Assembly: GCF_963921235.1 (NCBI RefSeq)
Contig: NC_086097.1
Location: forward strand, 217,932,001-217,996,000
Origin: Mobula hypostoma
Taxonomy: Eukaryota
Reading direction: 5' to 3'
Length of the DNA: 64,000 nucleotides
The notes below the pieces were generated by a model. The model was not told where the DNA came from, did not search any database, and saw only the letters and a list, made by a program, of their open reading frames with translations. This document shows, in pieces, positions 26,873 through 38,665 of the stretch; within the stretch, counting starts at the first letter, position 1; every line of letters starts with the position of its first letter. Both the position numbers and the translations under genes were made by a program.

Positions 26873-27758
26873 TGTTACGTAACCGGCAACAATGAATATC
26901 AATCGAGACAGGTTATATAAAGATAACCAAACATTTATTAAAAACACCGATAAATGATAAGGGGAAAAAAAATCAAACAAAAGCTTTAACTGGAAGTCAA
27001 CAGATATGCAGCCGTTCACCAACTCGCCACTCAGCTCTGGTTTTTAAAGCGTTAAATGTGAAAACAGTTCTTAAAGCGATACAGTCAGATATAGTTCTTA
27101 AAGCGATAACTTCGAAAGTCCAACAGATTTACACGTTCAACTGGGAGAGACTTCTCTGGAGAAGGATTTCTTCACAGACGCACCTTTACTGCTGGTTCTG
27201 TCCACAGGATTCACGATGCCGAAAATAAACAGTTTAAATCGACTGACCTTCCTTGAGAGAGAGAGAGCACACCTTTGCATGAACTCGTTGCTCCTTTGGC
27301 AAGAGTTATCTCGATGCAGGTTGCTACTCCAAAGAAGACTCAATAAGGTCGATCCTTTATTAAACTGCCAAATGATGCCGACTTCTCTCGATCCTTCGAT
27401 CCTGCACTTTGATGAATTCTTCACTTTCCCTTCGAATGTTGGAATTGAGTAAATCAACACATCTAGCAAAAATTTCTTGTCCAAATAATATGGTATTTTG
27501 CAACAGGACGCACAACCGTTTTAAAAATGAAACTGCATCACAAAAACAAACACGCAACAGAAATGGAGATACAGCACGTTCTACCTGGAAATCTACAAAC
27601 TCAAAAACCAACTGAGTCACCTGGGTCGACCCTTATATAGTCACGGGACACATGTCATCACGTGACCTCACATCGGTGAGAAAATCACATCAGGTGACCT
27701 CCAAAAGACCATTACATCATTCTCACAAAAAAAAACAGATCTCCTTGAGCATGTAACA
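26873..27758 (-). repeat. 5' LTR of the Gmr1-like element
   Basis: Direct repeat of 21644-22518; minus-strand TATATAA and AATAAA signals. Confidence 0.95.
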
Positions 27759-27981
27759 AAACATTTAACTTTTTGGAAAATGAAGGTTACGGAAAACTTT
27801 TTTGTATTGTGTTAAAGTAACATACTAAGTAGTAGACCACTTTTCAAATAAAAACTTTATTATTTTATTGGTATATACCCCTGTGCATGATTAAACAAAA
27901 AAAAACAAACAGGATGTTAGTGATCAATGACATAATAAGTTGAATGAACTAAACTGACGAGCTGAAACAGAAACGATGTAG

Positions 27982-28655
27982 ATTAGATTATATGAACACT
28001 CAGTCTTTTTATTGTCATTTAGAAATGCATACATGCATTAAGAAATGATACAATGTTTCTCCGGAGTGATATCACAGAAAACAGGACAAGCCAAAGACTA
28101 ACACTGACAGAACCATATAATTATAACATATAGTTACAGCAGTGCAAAGCAATACCATAATTTGATGAAGAACAAACCATGGGCACAGTAAATAAAGTCT
28201 CAAAAGTCCCTGAGTCCCCGATAGCAAGCGGCAAACGGGAGAAACTCCCGGCCATAAACCTCCAGGCACTGTCAACTTGCCGATGCCTTGGAAGCAGCCG
28301 ACCACAACCGACACTGAGTCCATCCGTCCGAAAACTTTGAGCTTCTGAACAGCCTCTCGGATACAGACTCCCGAGTGCCATCCTCTGCCGAGCACTTTTG
28401 TCCTCACCCCGGCCGCTGAAACACGCAAAGCCGAGGATTTTGGGGCCTTTTGCTCCGGAGATTCTGGTTACCACACAGTAGCAGTGGCAGCGAAGTGGGC
28501 ATTTTAGAAGTTTTCCAGATGTTCCTCCGTGCTCTCACGTCTGTCTCCATCAAATCAGAATTGTGCACAGTCCCCTACTTGACAGGTTACAGACATCACC
28601 ACTGAAGTGGCTGCGCGCGCTGCCATCGCGCCGCCATCTTCTCCTCCATCAACCT
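27982..28655 (-). mobile_element. Short non-autonomous retroelement-like insertion within the Tc1
   Basis: GC-rich head GAGAAGATGGCGGCGCG, 3' AATAAA and (AATCT)n tail; interrupts AT-rich Tc1 5' region. Confidence 0.55.
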
Positions 28656-29569
28656 GGAAGGAATCAAACTGGGTGAACGACAACCAAACTAAAAGGTGAT
28701 GGTGTGGTAGATGTAAATCACCAATTCTTTCACCATGGCAAGGCGAGTATAGAAACAAGACACAAGGTGATCATCCTGCATCAGCAATGTCTTTCCCAAA
28801 CAGAAATTTTGCAGCAGGCAAGAGTTTTAAGATGTGCTGTCCATGCTCTTCTGAAGATGCACAAAGAAAGGGGCAAAGCTGAGGACCAGAAACATGGTGA
28901 TCAGCCACAGAAACTGAGTGCAGCAGATGATAGATACATCAGACATATCTAATCTAATTGGAAGAAATCCAATACTACTATCTGCTCTGAACTCACAGAA
29001 ACTACTGGAACCCAAGTACACCCCTCTACAGTCCAGAGATGTCTTGTCAGTAGTGGTCTTCGTGGAAGAGTTGATTCCAAAAAGCCATTCCTCTGAAGTG
29101 GAAACAAAACCTCAAGACTCACCTATACACAAAAACAGAATGACTGGGGTGCTAAACAATGGCAGCAAATGCTGTAGACTGATGAGTCAAAATTTGAATT
29201 TTTTGGCTCAAATAGGAGGCAGTTTGTTTGTAGAAGAACTGGAGAGCACCACATGAATGTCTGCAGCCAACAGTGAAACACAACGGAGGTTTCCTGCAGG
29301 CTTGGGATAGCATTTCTGCAAATGGATTTGGTGATCTGGTTAGAATAATGGAATCCTCAATGTAGAGAAGTATAAGCAGGTTCTCATCCGTCATGCAATA
29401 CCATCAGGGAGGCGTCTGATTGGACCCAATTTCATTCTACAGCAGGGCAGTGGTCCCAAATACATGACCAGGGTCATGTTGAACTTATTTTCAGCGAAAA
29501 GAAGGACGAGATGTTCTACAACTGATGGTATTCCCTCCACAGAGCACTGATCTCAACATCTTTGAGGCA

Positions 29570-32047
29570 TTATCTTTGTCCCCCTTCACCAGCCTTACCT
29601 TTGTCCCCCTTTGCCCACACCTCAGCGAGTTTCGCGTTCGCCATGATGCTGAACTCTTCTTCCGCCGGCTCCGTCTTTGAGCCTACTTCTTCAGCAAGGA
29701 CTCTCCCACCCCCACCGATGACCCCTTCTCCCGTCTTTAACCCTCCTCCTCTTCATGGACACCCTGCTCTGGTCTTCTGCCTGCTCTGGATCTCTTTATT
29801 GCAAACTGCTGATGGGACATCAACTGTCTCAACTTCACCACACCTCGTTCCCATTCCAACCTCTCCTTCGGAACACTGTGCTCTCTAATCCCTCCGCACT
29901 AATCCTAACCTTACTCTAGAACCCGCTGATAAGGGGGCTGCTGTTGTAGTCCAGCGTACTGACCTCTACCTTGCCGAGGCACATCGACAACTCGTGGATA
30001 CCTTCTCTTATTTACCCCTCGATCATGACCCCACTAAGGAGCACCAGGCCATTGTCTCCCACACTATCACCAACTTTATCAGCTCAGGGGATCTCCCATC
30101 CACTGCTACCAACCTTATAGTTCCTACACCCCACACTTCCTGTTTCTACCTCCTACCCAAGATCCACAAACCTGCCTGTCCAGGTAGACCCATTGTCTCA
30201 GATTGCTCCTGCCCTACCAAACTCATTTCTGCATACCTGGACACTGTTTTATGCCTCCTTGTTCAATCCCTTCTCACCTATGTTCGTGACACTTCTCACG
30301 CTCTGAATTTTTTCAATGATTTTAAGTTCCCTGGCTCCCACTGCCTTACTTTCACCATAGATGTCCAGTCCCTGTACAACTCCATCCCTCACCAGGAAGG
30401 TCTCAAAGCTCTCTGCTTCATTTTGGATTCCAGACCTAATCAGTTCCCCTCTACCACCACTGTGCTCCGTCGAGCGGAATTAGTCCTTACTCTTAATAAT
30501 TTCTCCTTTGGCTCCTCCCACTTCCTCCGAACTAAAGGTGTAGCCATGGGCACCTGTACGGGTCCCAGCTATGCCTGCCTTTTTGTTGGCTTTGTGGAAC
30601 AATCCATGTTCCAAGCCTATACTGGTATCTGTCCCCCACTTTTCCTTCACTACATCGATGACTGCATTGGCGCTGCTTCCTGCATGCATGCTGAGCTCGT
30701 TAACTTCATTAACTTTGCCTCCAACTTTCACCCTGCCCTCAAGTTTACCTGGTCCATTTCGGACACCACCCTCTCCTTTCTTGATCTTTCTGTCTCTGTC
30801 TCTGGAGACAGCTTATCTACTGATGTCTACTATAAGCCTACAGACTCTCACAGCTACCTGGACTATTCCTCTTCCCACCCTGTCTCTTGCAGAAATGCCA
30901 TCCCCTTCTCGCAATTCCTCCGTCTCTGCCGCATCTGCTCTCAGGATGAGGCTTTTCATTCCAGGACGAAGGAGATGTCCTCCTTTTTTAAAGAAAGGGA
31001 CTTCCCTTCCTCCACCATCAACTTTGCTCTCAAAAGTATCTCTCCAATTTCACACACAAATGCTCTCACCCCATCCTCCCGCTACTCCACTAGGAATAGG
31101 GTTCCCCTTGTCCTCACCTATCACCCCACCAGCCTCCGGGTCCAACATATAATTCTCTGTAACTTCCACCACCTCCAACGGGATCCCACCACTAAGCACG
31201 TCTTTCCCTCCCTTCCCTCACTTTCTCTTTCCGCAGGGATCACTCCCTATGCGACTCTCTTGTCCATTTGTTTCCCCCCCCATCTCTTCCCACCAATCTC
31301 CCTCCTGGCACTTATCCTTGTAAGCGGAACAAGTGCTACACATGCCCTTACACTTCCTCCCTCACCACCATTCAGGGCCCTAGACAGTCCTTCCAGCTGA
31401 GGCAACACTTCACCTGTGAGTTTGCTGGGGTGATATACTGCGTCCGGTGCTCCCGATGCGACCTTCTATGTATTGGTTAGACTCGACGCAGGCTGGGAGA
31501 CCATTTCGCTGAACACCTCCGCTCTGTCCGCCAGAGAAAGCAGGATTTCCCAGTGGCCACACATTTTAATTCCACGTCCCATTCCTGTTCTGATATGTCT
31601 ATCCACTGCCTCCTCTACTGTCAAGGTGAAGCCACTCTCAGGTTGGAGGAACAACACCTTATATTCTGTCTGGGTAGCCTCCAACCTGATGGCATGGACT
31701 TGACTTCTCTAACTTCCGTTAATGCACCACCTCCCCTTCGCTTGTTCGTACGTAATACTCCCCCCTCCCCCTCCCCCTTCCCTCCCTAAGCCTCCCGTCC
31801 CATGCCTTCTCCAGCCTCGTATCCCTTTTGCCAATCAACTAACCAGCTCTTGGCTCCATCCTTCCTCCTCCTGTCTTCTCCTATCATTCTGGATCTCCCC
31901 CTCCCCCTCCCACTTTCAAATCTCTTACTAGCTCTTCTTTCAGTTAGTCCTGACGAAGGGTCTCGGCCCGAAATGTGGACTGTACCTCTTCCTATAGATG
32001 CTGTCTGGCCTGCTGCGTTCACCAGCATTTTTTGTGTGTGTTGCTTG
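29570..32047 (+). mobile_element. Penelope-like element (RT + GIY-YIG endonuclease), 5'-truncated, degenerate
   Basis: FYLLPKIHK, GRPIVS, DVQSLY, GVAMG, YIDD, FLDL, KPTD in 29994-31400; CKRNKCYTC, GVIYCVRC..IG, HFN; hammerhead-like motif at 31946-31982. Confidence 0.92.
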
Positions 32048-32815
32048 ATTTGATTTAGTTTTTTTTTACTGGTTACTGCTGTTTATAGTATTTTGTTTGA
32101 CATTTAAAAATTTTTAATTTCATTATTTTTGAAATCATCTTGGCTTTACAATTTTTTTTTACATGTGCTTAAGACTTTTGCACAGTACTTTGTCATGAAA
32201 TTTGTTTTTTGGCAGCCGTACAGTGACTACATAAAAAGTTACTATAAGTTGCAATGCGAAACACATAATAATACATAGTGGGGAAAAAGAGCTAAAAAGT
32301 GAGAGAGTGTTTATGGATTCATGAGCCTTTCCAAAATCTGATGGCAGAGGGAAAGAAGCTATCCATATAACATATGACAGTGCATTCTTAGACTCCTGTA
32401 CCTCCTCTCTGATGGTAATTATGAGAAGAGGGCATGTTTTGGATGGTGAGTGTTCCTAATGATTGATGCTGCCACCTTGAGGCACTGCCTTTTTAAGATT
32501 TCCTCAATGGTGGGGAGGTTAGTGCCTATGATGAAGCTGGCTGAGTCTACAAACCTCTGCAGCTTTTTTTTTGATCCTGTCTACAACGGGACATGTCATT
32601 CAGGGAGTTGGGCTATAAATATATTTTTTCTTTGCTTGCTATTTTGATGTATATGCTGTGTATGTTTTGTACCTTGGCTCCAGAGGAAAGTTGTATTCAT
32701 GTATGTTTGAATGATAATTAAAATTGAATTTGATTTGATCTTTATTAATATGCCAATCATCTTTGCAGTTAAAGAAAATTTTAAACTATTTGAACTATAG
32801 ATTATTTTTTTCCAG

Positions 32816-32908
32816 AAATGTGCAGACACAAACAGAAAGATCAGGGGATTATGAAAATAATTTTCCGGATTCAAGCAAGTACTTTCAGAGATTGAAAAAT
32901 GAATACAG
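32816..32908 (+). CDS. CSPP1: Candidate CSPP1 exon (NVQTQTERSGDYENNFPDSSKYFQRLKNEY), phase 2/2
   Basis: Strong tttttttccAG acceptor, AG|GTgaat donor, 93 bp open, phase-compatible with neighbours; no homology recognised. Confidence 0.55.
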
Positions 32909-33506
32909 GTGAATAATGCTTTAAATATATTAATATAATTTTGAGATTCTTGCATCCCTTTATGCTGCATAATCCTTATTTTTATTCTGTCTCCCACCTC
33001 CCAACTAAGTTGATCAAACACTTTCCATGTACTCTGATTTTACTTCTAGTTCACTAGTGTCAACTACAAATTTCTTTGAACCCTTTTGAGAGTCTGTGGG
33101 ATTTCTGCTATACTGTTTATAAAATTCTGTCCTTTTAATTTTGACTTGTATTTCACTTCCATTGTTCAAATAGCTCTTGCTGCATACATCTGGATGTCCT
33201 ATGATGCTTATAAAGTCATATTTTCCAGTGGCGTAGTACTAAAAAGCAAGGAAGTTGCATCAAAATTGAATAGAACACTGGTTTGTTTGCAGAGTGGTGT
33301 GGAGAGTTTTGGTCTTAATGTTACAAAAGGAATATACAGACAAAGAGTAGTTTTTACCAAGTAGATTCCAAAACTAACCCAATTACTGAAATGACTAATT
33401 TTCGTAGCTCTCCAAAAATAGAGTATTGAATTTTAAGAGGGTCAAGAAATTAGATCTACAAAAGTTCCACAAGATGGCATGGCGGAGGCAGCTTTTGGAC
33501 AGATGG

Positions 33507-35162
33507 TAAACACAAAATAATCTGCAGGTGCTGGGGTCAAAGCAACACTCACAACACGCTGGAGGAACTCAGCAGGTCGGGCAGCATTTGTGGAAAAGAT
33601 CGGTCGACGTTTCAGGCCGGAACCCTTTGTCAGGACTGTAGAGGGAAAGGGCAGAGGCCCTACAAAGAAGGTGGGGGGAGGGTGGGAAGGAGAAGGCTGG
33701 TAGGTTTCAGGTGAAAAACCAGTGAGGGGAAAGATAAAAGGGTGGGGGAGGGGGGAGGCAGGGAGGTGATGGGCAGGAAAGGTGAAGAAAGGATAGGGTA
33801 GTAGAAGGAGGCGGAACCATGAGGGAGGTGATAGGCAACTGGGGGAGGGGGCAGAGTGAAATTGGGATAGGGGAAGGGAGGGGGAGGGAATTACCGGAAG
33901 TTGGAGAATTCTATGTTCATACCAAGGGGTTGGAGACTACCTAGATGGTATATGAGGTGTTGCTCCTCCAACCTGAGTTTAGCCTCATCATGGCAGTAGA
34001 GGAGGCCATGTATGGACATATCTGAAGGGAAGTGGGAAGCAGAGTTGAAGTGGGTGGCTACTGGGAGATCCTGTCTGTTTTGGCGGACTCAGCAGAGGTG
34101 CTTGATGAAGCGGTCTCTCAATCTGCGTCGGGTTTCACTGATGTAGAGGAGGCTGCACCGGGAGCACCGGATGCAATAGATGACCCCAACAGGCTCACAA
34201 GTGAAGTGTTGCCTCACCTACCACCCCAACAGCCTCTGGATCCAGCACATTATCCTCTGCAACTTCCACCACCTTCGACAGGACCCCAGCACTGAGCACA
34301 TCTTTCACCCCTCTCTGCTTTCCGCAGGGATTGGCCCCTCTGCAACTCCCTGGTCCACACATCCCTCCCCACGGATCTCCCACCCGGCACTTATCCCTGT
34401 AAGCGCAAGTGCTACACCTGTCCCTACACCTCCTCTCTTGCCACCATTCAGGGCCCCAAACAGTCCTTCCAAGTGAGGCAACACTTCACTTGTGAGTCTG
34501 TTGGGGTCATCTATTGCATCCGGTGCTCCCGGTGCGGCCTCCTCTACATCGGTGAAACCCGACGCAGATTGTGGGACCGCTTCGTCGAGCACCTCCGCTC
34601 TGTCCGCCAAAACAGACAGGATCTTCCAGTAGCCACCCACTTCAACTCTGCTTCCCACTCCCCTTCAGATATGTCCATACATGGCCTTATCTACTGCCAT
34701 GATGAGGCTAAACTCAGGTTGGAGGAGCAACACCTCATATACCATCCAGGTAGTCTCCAGCCCCTTGGTATGAACATAGAATTCTCCAACTTCTGGTAAT
34801 TCCCTCCCCCTCCCTACCCCTATCCCTATGTCACTCTGTCCCCTCCCCCAGTTGCCTATCACCTCCCTCATGGTTCCGCCTCCTTCTACTACCCACTGTG
34901 TTTTCCCCTATTCCTTCTTCACCTTTCCTGCCTATCACCTCCCTGCCTCCCCCCGTCCCTCACCCCTTTATCTTCCCTCTTACTGGTTTTTCACCTGGAA
35001 CCTACCAGCCTTCTCCTTCCCACCCTCCCCCCACCTTCTTTATAGGGCCTCTGCCCCTTCCCTCTACAGTCCTGACGAAGGGTTCCGGCCCGAAACGTCG
35101 ACTGATCTTTTCCACGGACACTGCCCGACCTGCTGAGTTCCTCCAGCATGTTGTGATTGTTG
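33507..35162. mobile_element. Fold-back Penelope insertion (two 3' halves in inverted orientation)
   Basis: 33541-34217 is the reverse complement of 34473-35162; GIY-YIG peptide GVIYCIRCSRCGLLYIGETRRR; TSD TTTTGGACAGATGG at 33493-33506 and 35163-35176. Confidence 0.93.
35067..35104 (+). ncRNA. Minimal type I hammerhead ribozyme (Penelope-associated), intact core
   Basis: CAGUC-CUGACGA-A-GGG(UUCCGG)CCC-GAAA-CG-UC-GACUG: helix I CAGUC/GACUG, helix II GGG/CCC, GUC cleavage triplet ending 35099. Confidence 0.8.
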
Positions 35163-35579
35163 TTTTGGACAGATGGAGTTGATGGGCAATCCAAAACTAA
35201 CCAAAAAGTGGCAGAACTTATGCTGGATGGTGTCCAGTTTAGATGGTATAAGCTGTAAGTGTTTGTACAAACTTGTTTGTTTTCTCTGGAGCTTCAGCAG
35301 CTGAGGGGAGACATAGAATTTTTTTAGTTATGAGAGGGTAGGTAGTCAGAATCATTTACCAATGATAAAAATGTCAAATACTAAGCTGAGGCGGGGGGGA
35401 AAGATTAAAAGAGATTTGCAGGGCAAGTTTTCTTTACGCAGTCTGTGGTAGATGCCTGAAACTGCCAAAGGTAGTAGTGGAAGCAGATACAATAGTGACA
35501 TTGAAGAGGCTTTAAGATAAACACCTGAATGTGCAGGGAAAGGAGGGATCTGGATGATGTGCAGGCAGAAGAGATTGAA

Positions 35580-35930
35580 CATAGAAACATAGAAACATAG
35601 AAAATAGGTGCAGGAGTAGGCCATTTGGCCCTTCGAGCCTGCACCGCCATTTATTATGATCATGGCTGATCATCCAACTCAGAACCCTGCCCCAGCCTTC
35701 CCTCCATACCCCCTGACCCCTGTAGCCACAAGGGCCATACCTAACTCCCTCTTAAACATAGCCAATGAACTGGCCTCAACAGTTTCCTGTGGCAGAGAAT
35801 TCCACAGATTCACCATTCTCTGTGTGAAGAAGTTTTTCCTAATCTCGGTCCTAAATGGCTTCCCCTCTATCCTCAAACTGTGACCCCTCGTTCTGGACTT
35901 CCCCAACATCGGGAACAATCTTCCTGCATC
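35580..35930 (-). mobile_element. Young CR1 3' fragment
   Basis: Near-identical to 45380-45724; (TTTCTATG)n tail. Confidence 0.9.
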
Positions 35931-36516
35931 GACCCTTTTGGCAGGAAGCTCGTGGACTGAAGGGTCTGTTCCATGTTCAGGAAGTACCAATTTCAATGCA
36001 ATAAATAACAAACTGTGGTGCAATTAGCTTTGATGCATCCATTGTCAATCCCTGTGAAATTAACTGCAATTCAAGATTTTCATAGTTTAGAATATAAATC
36101 CCAAGGTTGTTGTATTCCATACTTTTCTGTAGGCTATATATTTACAGTTTGATAAACAGTAATTGAGGGTAATCACTTGGATGTAAATTTAAGTTATGCA
36201 TGAATTAGTCTGACTGCAAAAGCACCTGAAAGTGTGAAGCAGACACCAAGTAATCACTTGGAATGTATGTTTTGATTTCTTGTGTATTGAAACAATTTCA
36301 CCAGTTACACAATGTGCTGGAGTTAAAATAACTTGATGTTTATGTCGTTCACTTTTTGTGATGGTTCAGTCATTGGAATTCATTACACTCCTAAAACAAG
36401 TTGGTTGCTATTTCTGGTGCTGATTTTTCAGCTGCAATTCTTTAAATTCATTGGCCAAGGCTTAGAGCAGGGAGGTCATACTAAAATTCAGAACATAACT
36501 AGTAATCATAGCTTGA

Positions 36517-36668
36517 CGTAAACACAAAATATTCTGCAGATGCTGGGGTCAAAGCAACACTCACAACACACTGGAGGAACTCAGCAGGTTGGGCAGCATC
36601 CGTGGAAACGATCAGTCAACGTTTCGGGCTGGAATGCTCCTGATGAAGGGTTCCTCCAGCGTGTTGTG
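36517..36668. mobile_element. Miniature fold-back Penelope 3'-end insertion
   Basis: CACAACACACTGGAGGAAC..GTTCCTCCAGCGTGTTGTG inverted arms; TSD AATCATAGYTTGA at 36504-36516 and 36669-36681. Confidence 0.75.
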
Positions 36669-36887
36669 AATCATAGTTTGAGTTCCACTCAGACATTTTC
36701 TCATCAAAATGCAACCGAGATGTGAAAGGACTCGCAATGGGGTTGGCAGAAAACTGTAAACGTAAAGTCTGCAGAGAAGTATGGAATTACTTAAGCATTC
36801 TTCATTTAATTCACCACCAACATTTTTCTGCTGTATGGAAGCCTGTAATCTATTAAATCAATACAAAATTATTTAATTTTACTACAG

Positions 36888-36989
36888 GCAGTACAAAGAG
36901 CGGTATGATCAGGAGCTTCCACTGTACATTCAAGATGAATATAAGAAAGAGTACAGAAGGCGTCCTGTTTCAGCCACAGAAAAATCTAG
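36888..36989 (+). CDS. CSPP1: CSPP1 coding exon (QYKERYDQELPLYIQDEYKKEYRRRPVSATEKS), phase 2/2
   Basis: tacAG acceptor, AG|GTaaaa donor, 102 bp open; end resembles recalled RISSAENKS. Confidence 0.75.
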
Positions 36990-38033
36990 GTAAAACATCC
37001 ATTGTATTGTATTTTTATATTTCTTAGCAAGGTATTCAGCATGTATCTTTCTAAGAGCCAAACAAGCCAACTCTTTTATACTTGTTTTTTTGTCCTGCCT
37101 TGTCTTGATCAGCATTGAGAAGTATAGGAGAGCTTTTGAAGTTCTTCATTAGAATCATAGAAATTTATATCACAGGACAGTAGTGAGTTTACAGTCAAAA
37201 GGGGACCTTGGCCAAGTCCTGCTCTTGGTTCATAACCTTGTCAATTATTCTGTTGAAGCACTCATCTAAATACATTTCTAAATGTGATGAGTGCCTTTGA
37301 GGCCATTACCTCATTGTGTATTTTTTTTCTCCTTTTCCAAATTAATGGATCTATTCCTCAGTGACCTCTATGCTGAAGGTAATGCTTTTTTTTCTGTTCA
37401 CCTTGTCTAGGTGTTTCACATTTTAATTCACCTTGTATAGGTGTCTCACATTTTAATTCACCTCATTTGAATTTCTCAGTCTTTATTTTCCCAAAGAAAA
37501 CAAATCCAGTCTACATAGTCTTTTCTTATAACTATACTTCTCCAGTCTTGGTAACACCCTTTCAAATCCTTACATATATTTGCTATATTTTGGAGATTTA
37601 ATCTCTGTGTGGTGCTCAAGCTGTGACTCCTACTTAGGTTTTCTGACTTTTAATATGATCTCTTTGCTGTCATATTCTATACCTTGACCAATAAATTCTT
37701 TGGATTTAGTGTAAATGAAGATTTGTTGTAAATTAGGATCACCAACTTCAGATATGTTCAGATTAATGAGAGATGATTTAAAAATTTGCACTGGTAGTTC
37801 TCCACGCTTCACAGAAAGCATATTCAATTAATGAGAACTCTATGTAACTAAAGGTTTGTGTATAGCTTAAATGAGTATACAGCAGAAAATTACACATTTG
37901 TCATGTCAAAAATAGAGAGAAATTTTTATTTTCTCCCAATTTGTGATTAGCCCTTTTGGATAAGTTATAAAACTTAAGATATGTCTTTTCTCAGATAAGC
38001 ATAGATGGTGTAGTTTAATTAATTAATTTAACA

Positions 38034-38309
38034 GTATACTGTGGAGTAGGACCTTCGAGCCATGCTGTCCCAGCAACTCTCGGACCCTGATTAACCCTAA
38101 CCTAATCATGGGACAATTTATGATGACCAGTTAACCTGCCCAGTACGTCTCTAGACTGTGGGAGAAAACTGGAGCACCTGGGGAAAACCCCGCATATTCC
38201 ATGGGGAATGTGTACAGAGGTTCCTTACAGAACGGTACCAGAATTGAACTCTAATCTCTGGAATGTCCCAAGCAGTAATAGCATCGCACTAACTGCTACG
38301 CTACCACGG
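38034..38309 (-). mobile_element. tRNA-derived V-SINE (HE1-like)
   Basis: Minus strand head GTAGCGTAGCAGTTAG..GAGTTCAATTC; central GGGTTTTCCCCAGGTGCTCCAGTTTTCTCCCACAGTC. Confidence 0.65.
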
Positions 38310-38344
38310 TGTGATATGAAAAAGGATCTAGTGCTTTCCTGGTG

Positions 38345-38665
38345 TATTTGACAAATAAACTCTTTCTGGGCTTTCAGCCAGGTACAGGTATTGACTTTAA
38401 TCAATGTTTCAATGACAAACTTTACCATCTTCATCAGGGATGATGCCTGAGCACGTCCAGTCCAGTGTTATATATACCCCCGTTGTCCATCACTCCTGAT
38501 TGGTTAGTCCTCATCGCATCAGGTTTCCTCTGTCCCAACTTGTTTACAGTTAAATTCCAGTTCTTCTGTAGGACGAGACCTTAATCTTTGTTAAAATTCT
38601 TTTCCTCTAGTTTTACTTCAATGGCTTCCTTCGCCAGGCGGTCTCAAAAATCATTGGCATGGTGG
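38345..38665 (-). mobile_element. 3' fragment of a second Penelope family with degenerate hammerhead
   Basis: Minus strand RLAKEAIEVKLEEKNFNKD (GIY-YIG C-terminus); CTGATGA-AGATGG..TCATT-GAAA at 38403-38437. Confidence 0.65.

Larger units (their letters stand above)
21644..27758 (-). mobile_element. Gmr1-like Ty3/Gypsy LTR retrotransposon (gag-PR-IN-RT-partial RH), defective
   Basis: Paired LTRs TGTTAC..GTAACA; TSD AAAC (21640-21643, 27759-27762); CCHC CNYCKKPGHVVANC, protease RDTGAS, integrase HSIPLGGHLG/CRTCHTC/SDQGSNF, then RT YIDDL; several frameshifts and stops. Confidence 0.95.
21527..32190 (+). mobile_element. Tc1-like DNA transposon interrupted by three later insertions
   Basis: TIRs CAGGACTGTGCAAAAATCTTAGGCAC (21527) and GTGCTTAAGACTTTTGCACAGTACT (32165-32189); decayed transposase 28735-29568 (ETRHKVIILHQQ, TDESKFE, PPQSTDLNIFE). 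Confidence 0.82.
21500..32580 (-). mobile_element. Rex1/Babar-like LINE 3' fragment split by the Tc1 element (21500-21526 and 32191-32580)
   Basis: AAATATCACTGACATA | TGTCATGAAATTTGTT rejoins across the Tc1; a similar 3' end occurs in + orientation at 53075-53365. Confidence 0.6.

Noticed and set aside
21898..27620. Duplicated short ORFs (MDKKFLLDV.., MPKINSLNR.., MTQL..) as a paralogous gene pair
   Set aside because: They recur only because they lie in the two LTRs; no recognisable domain
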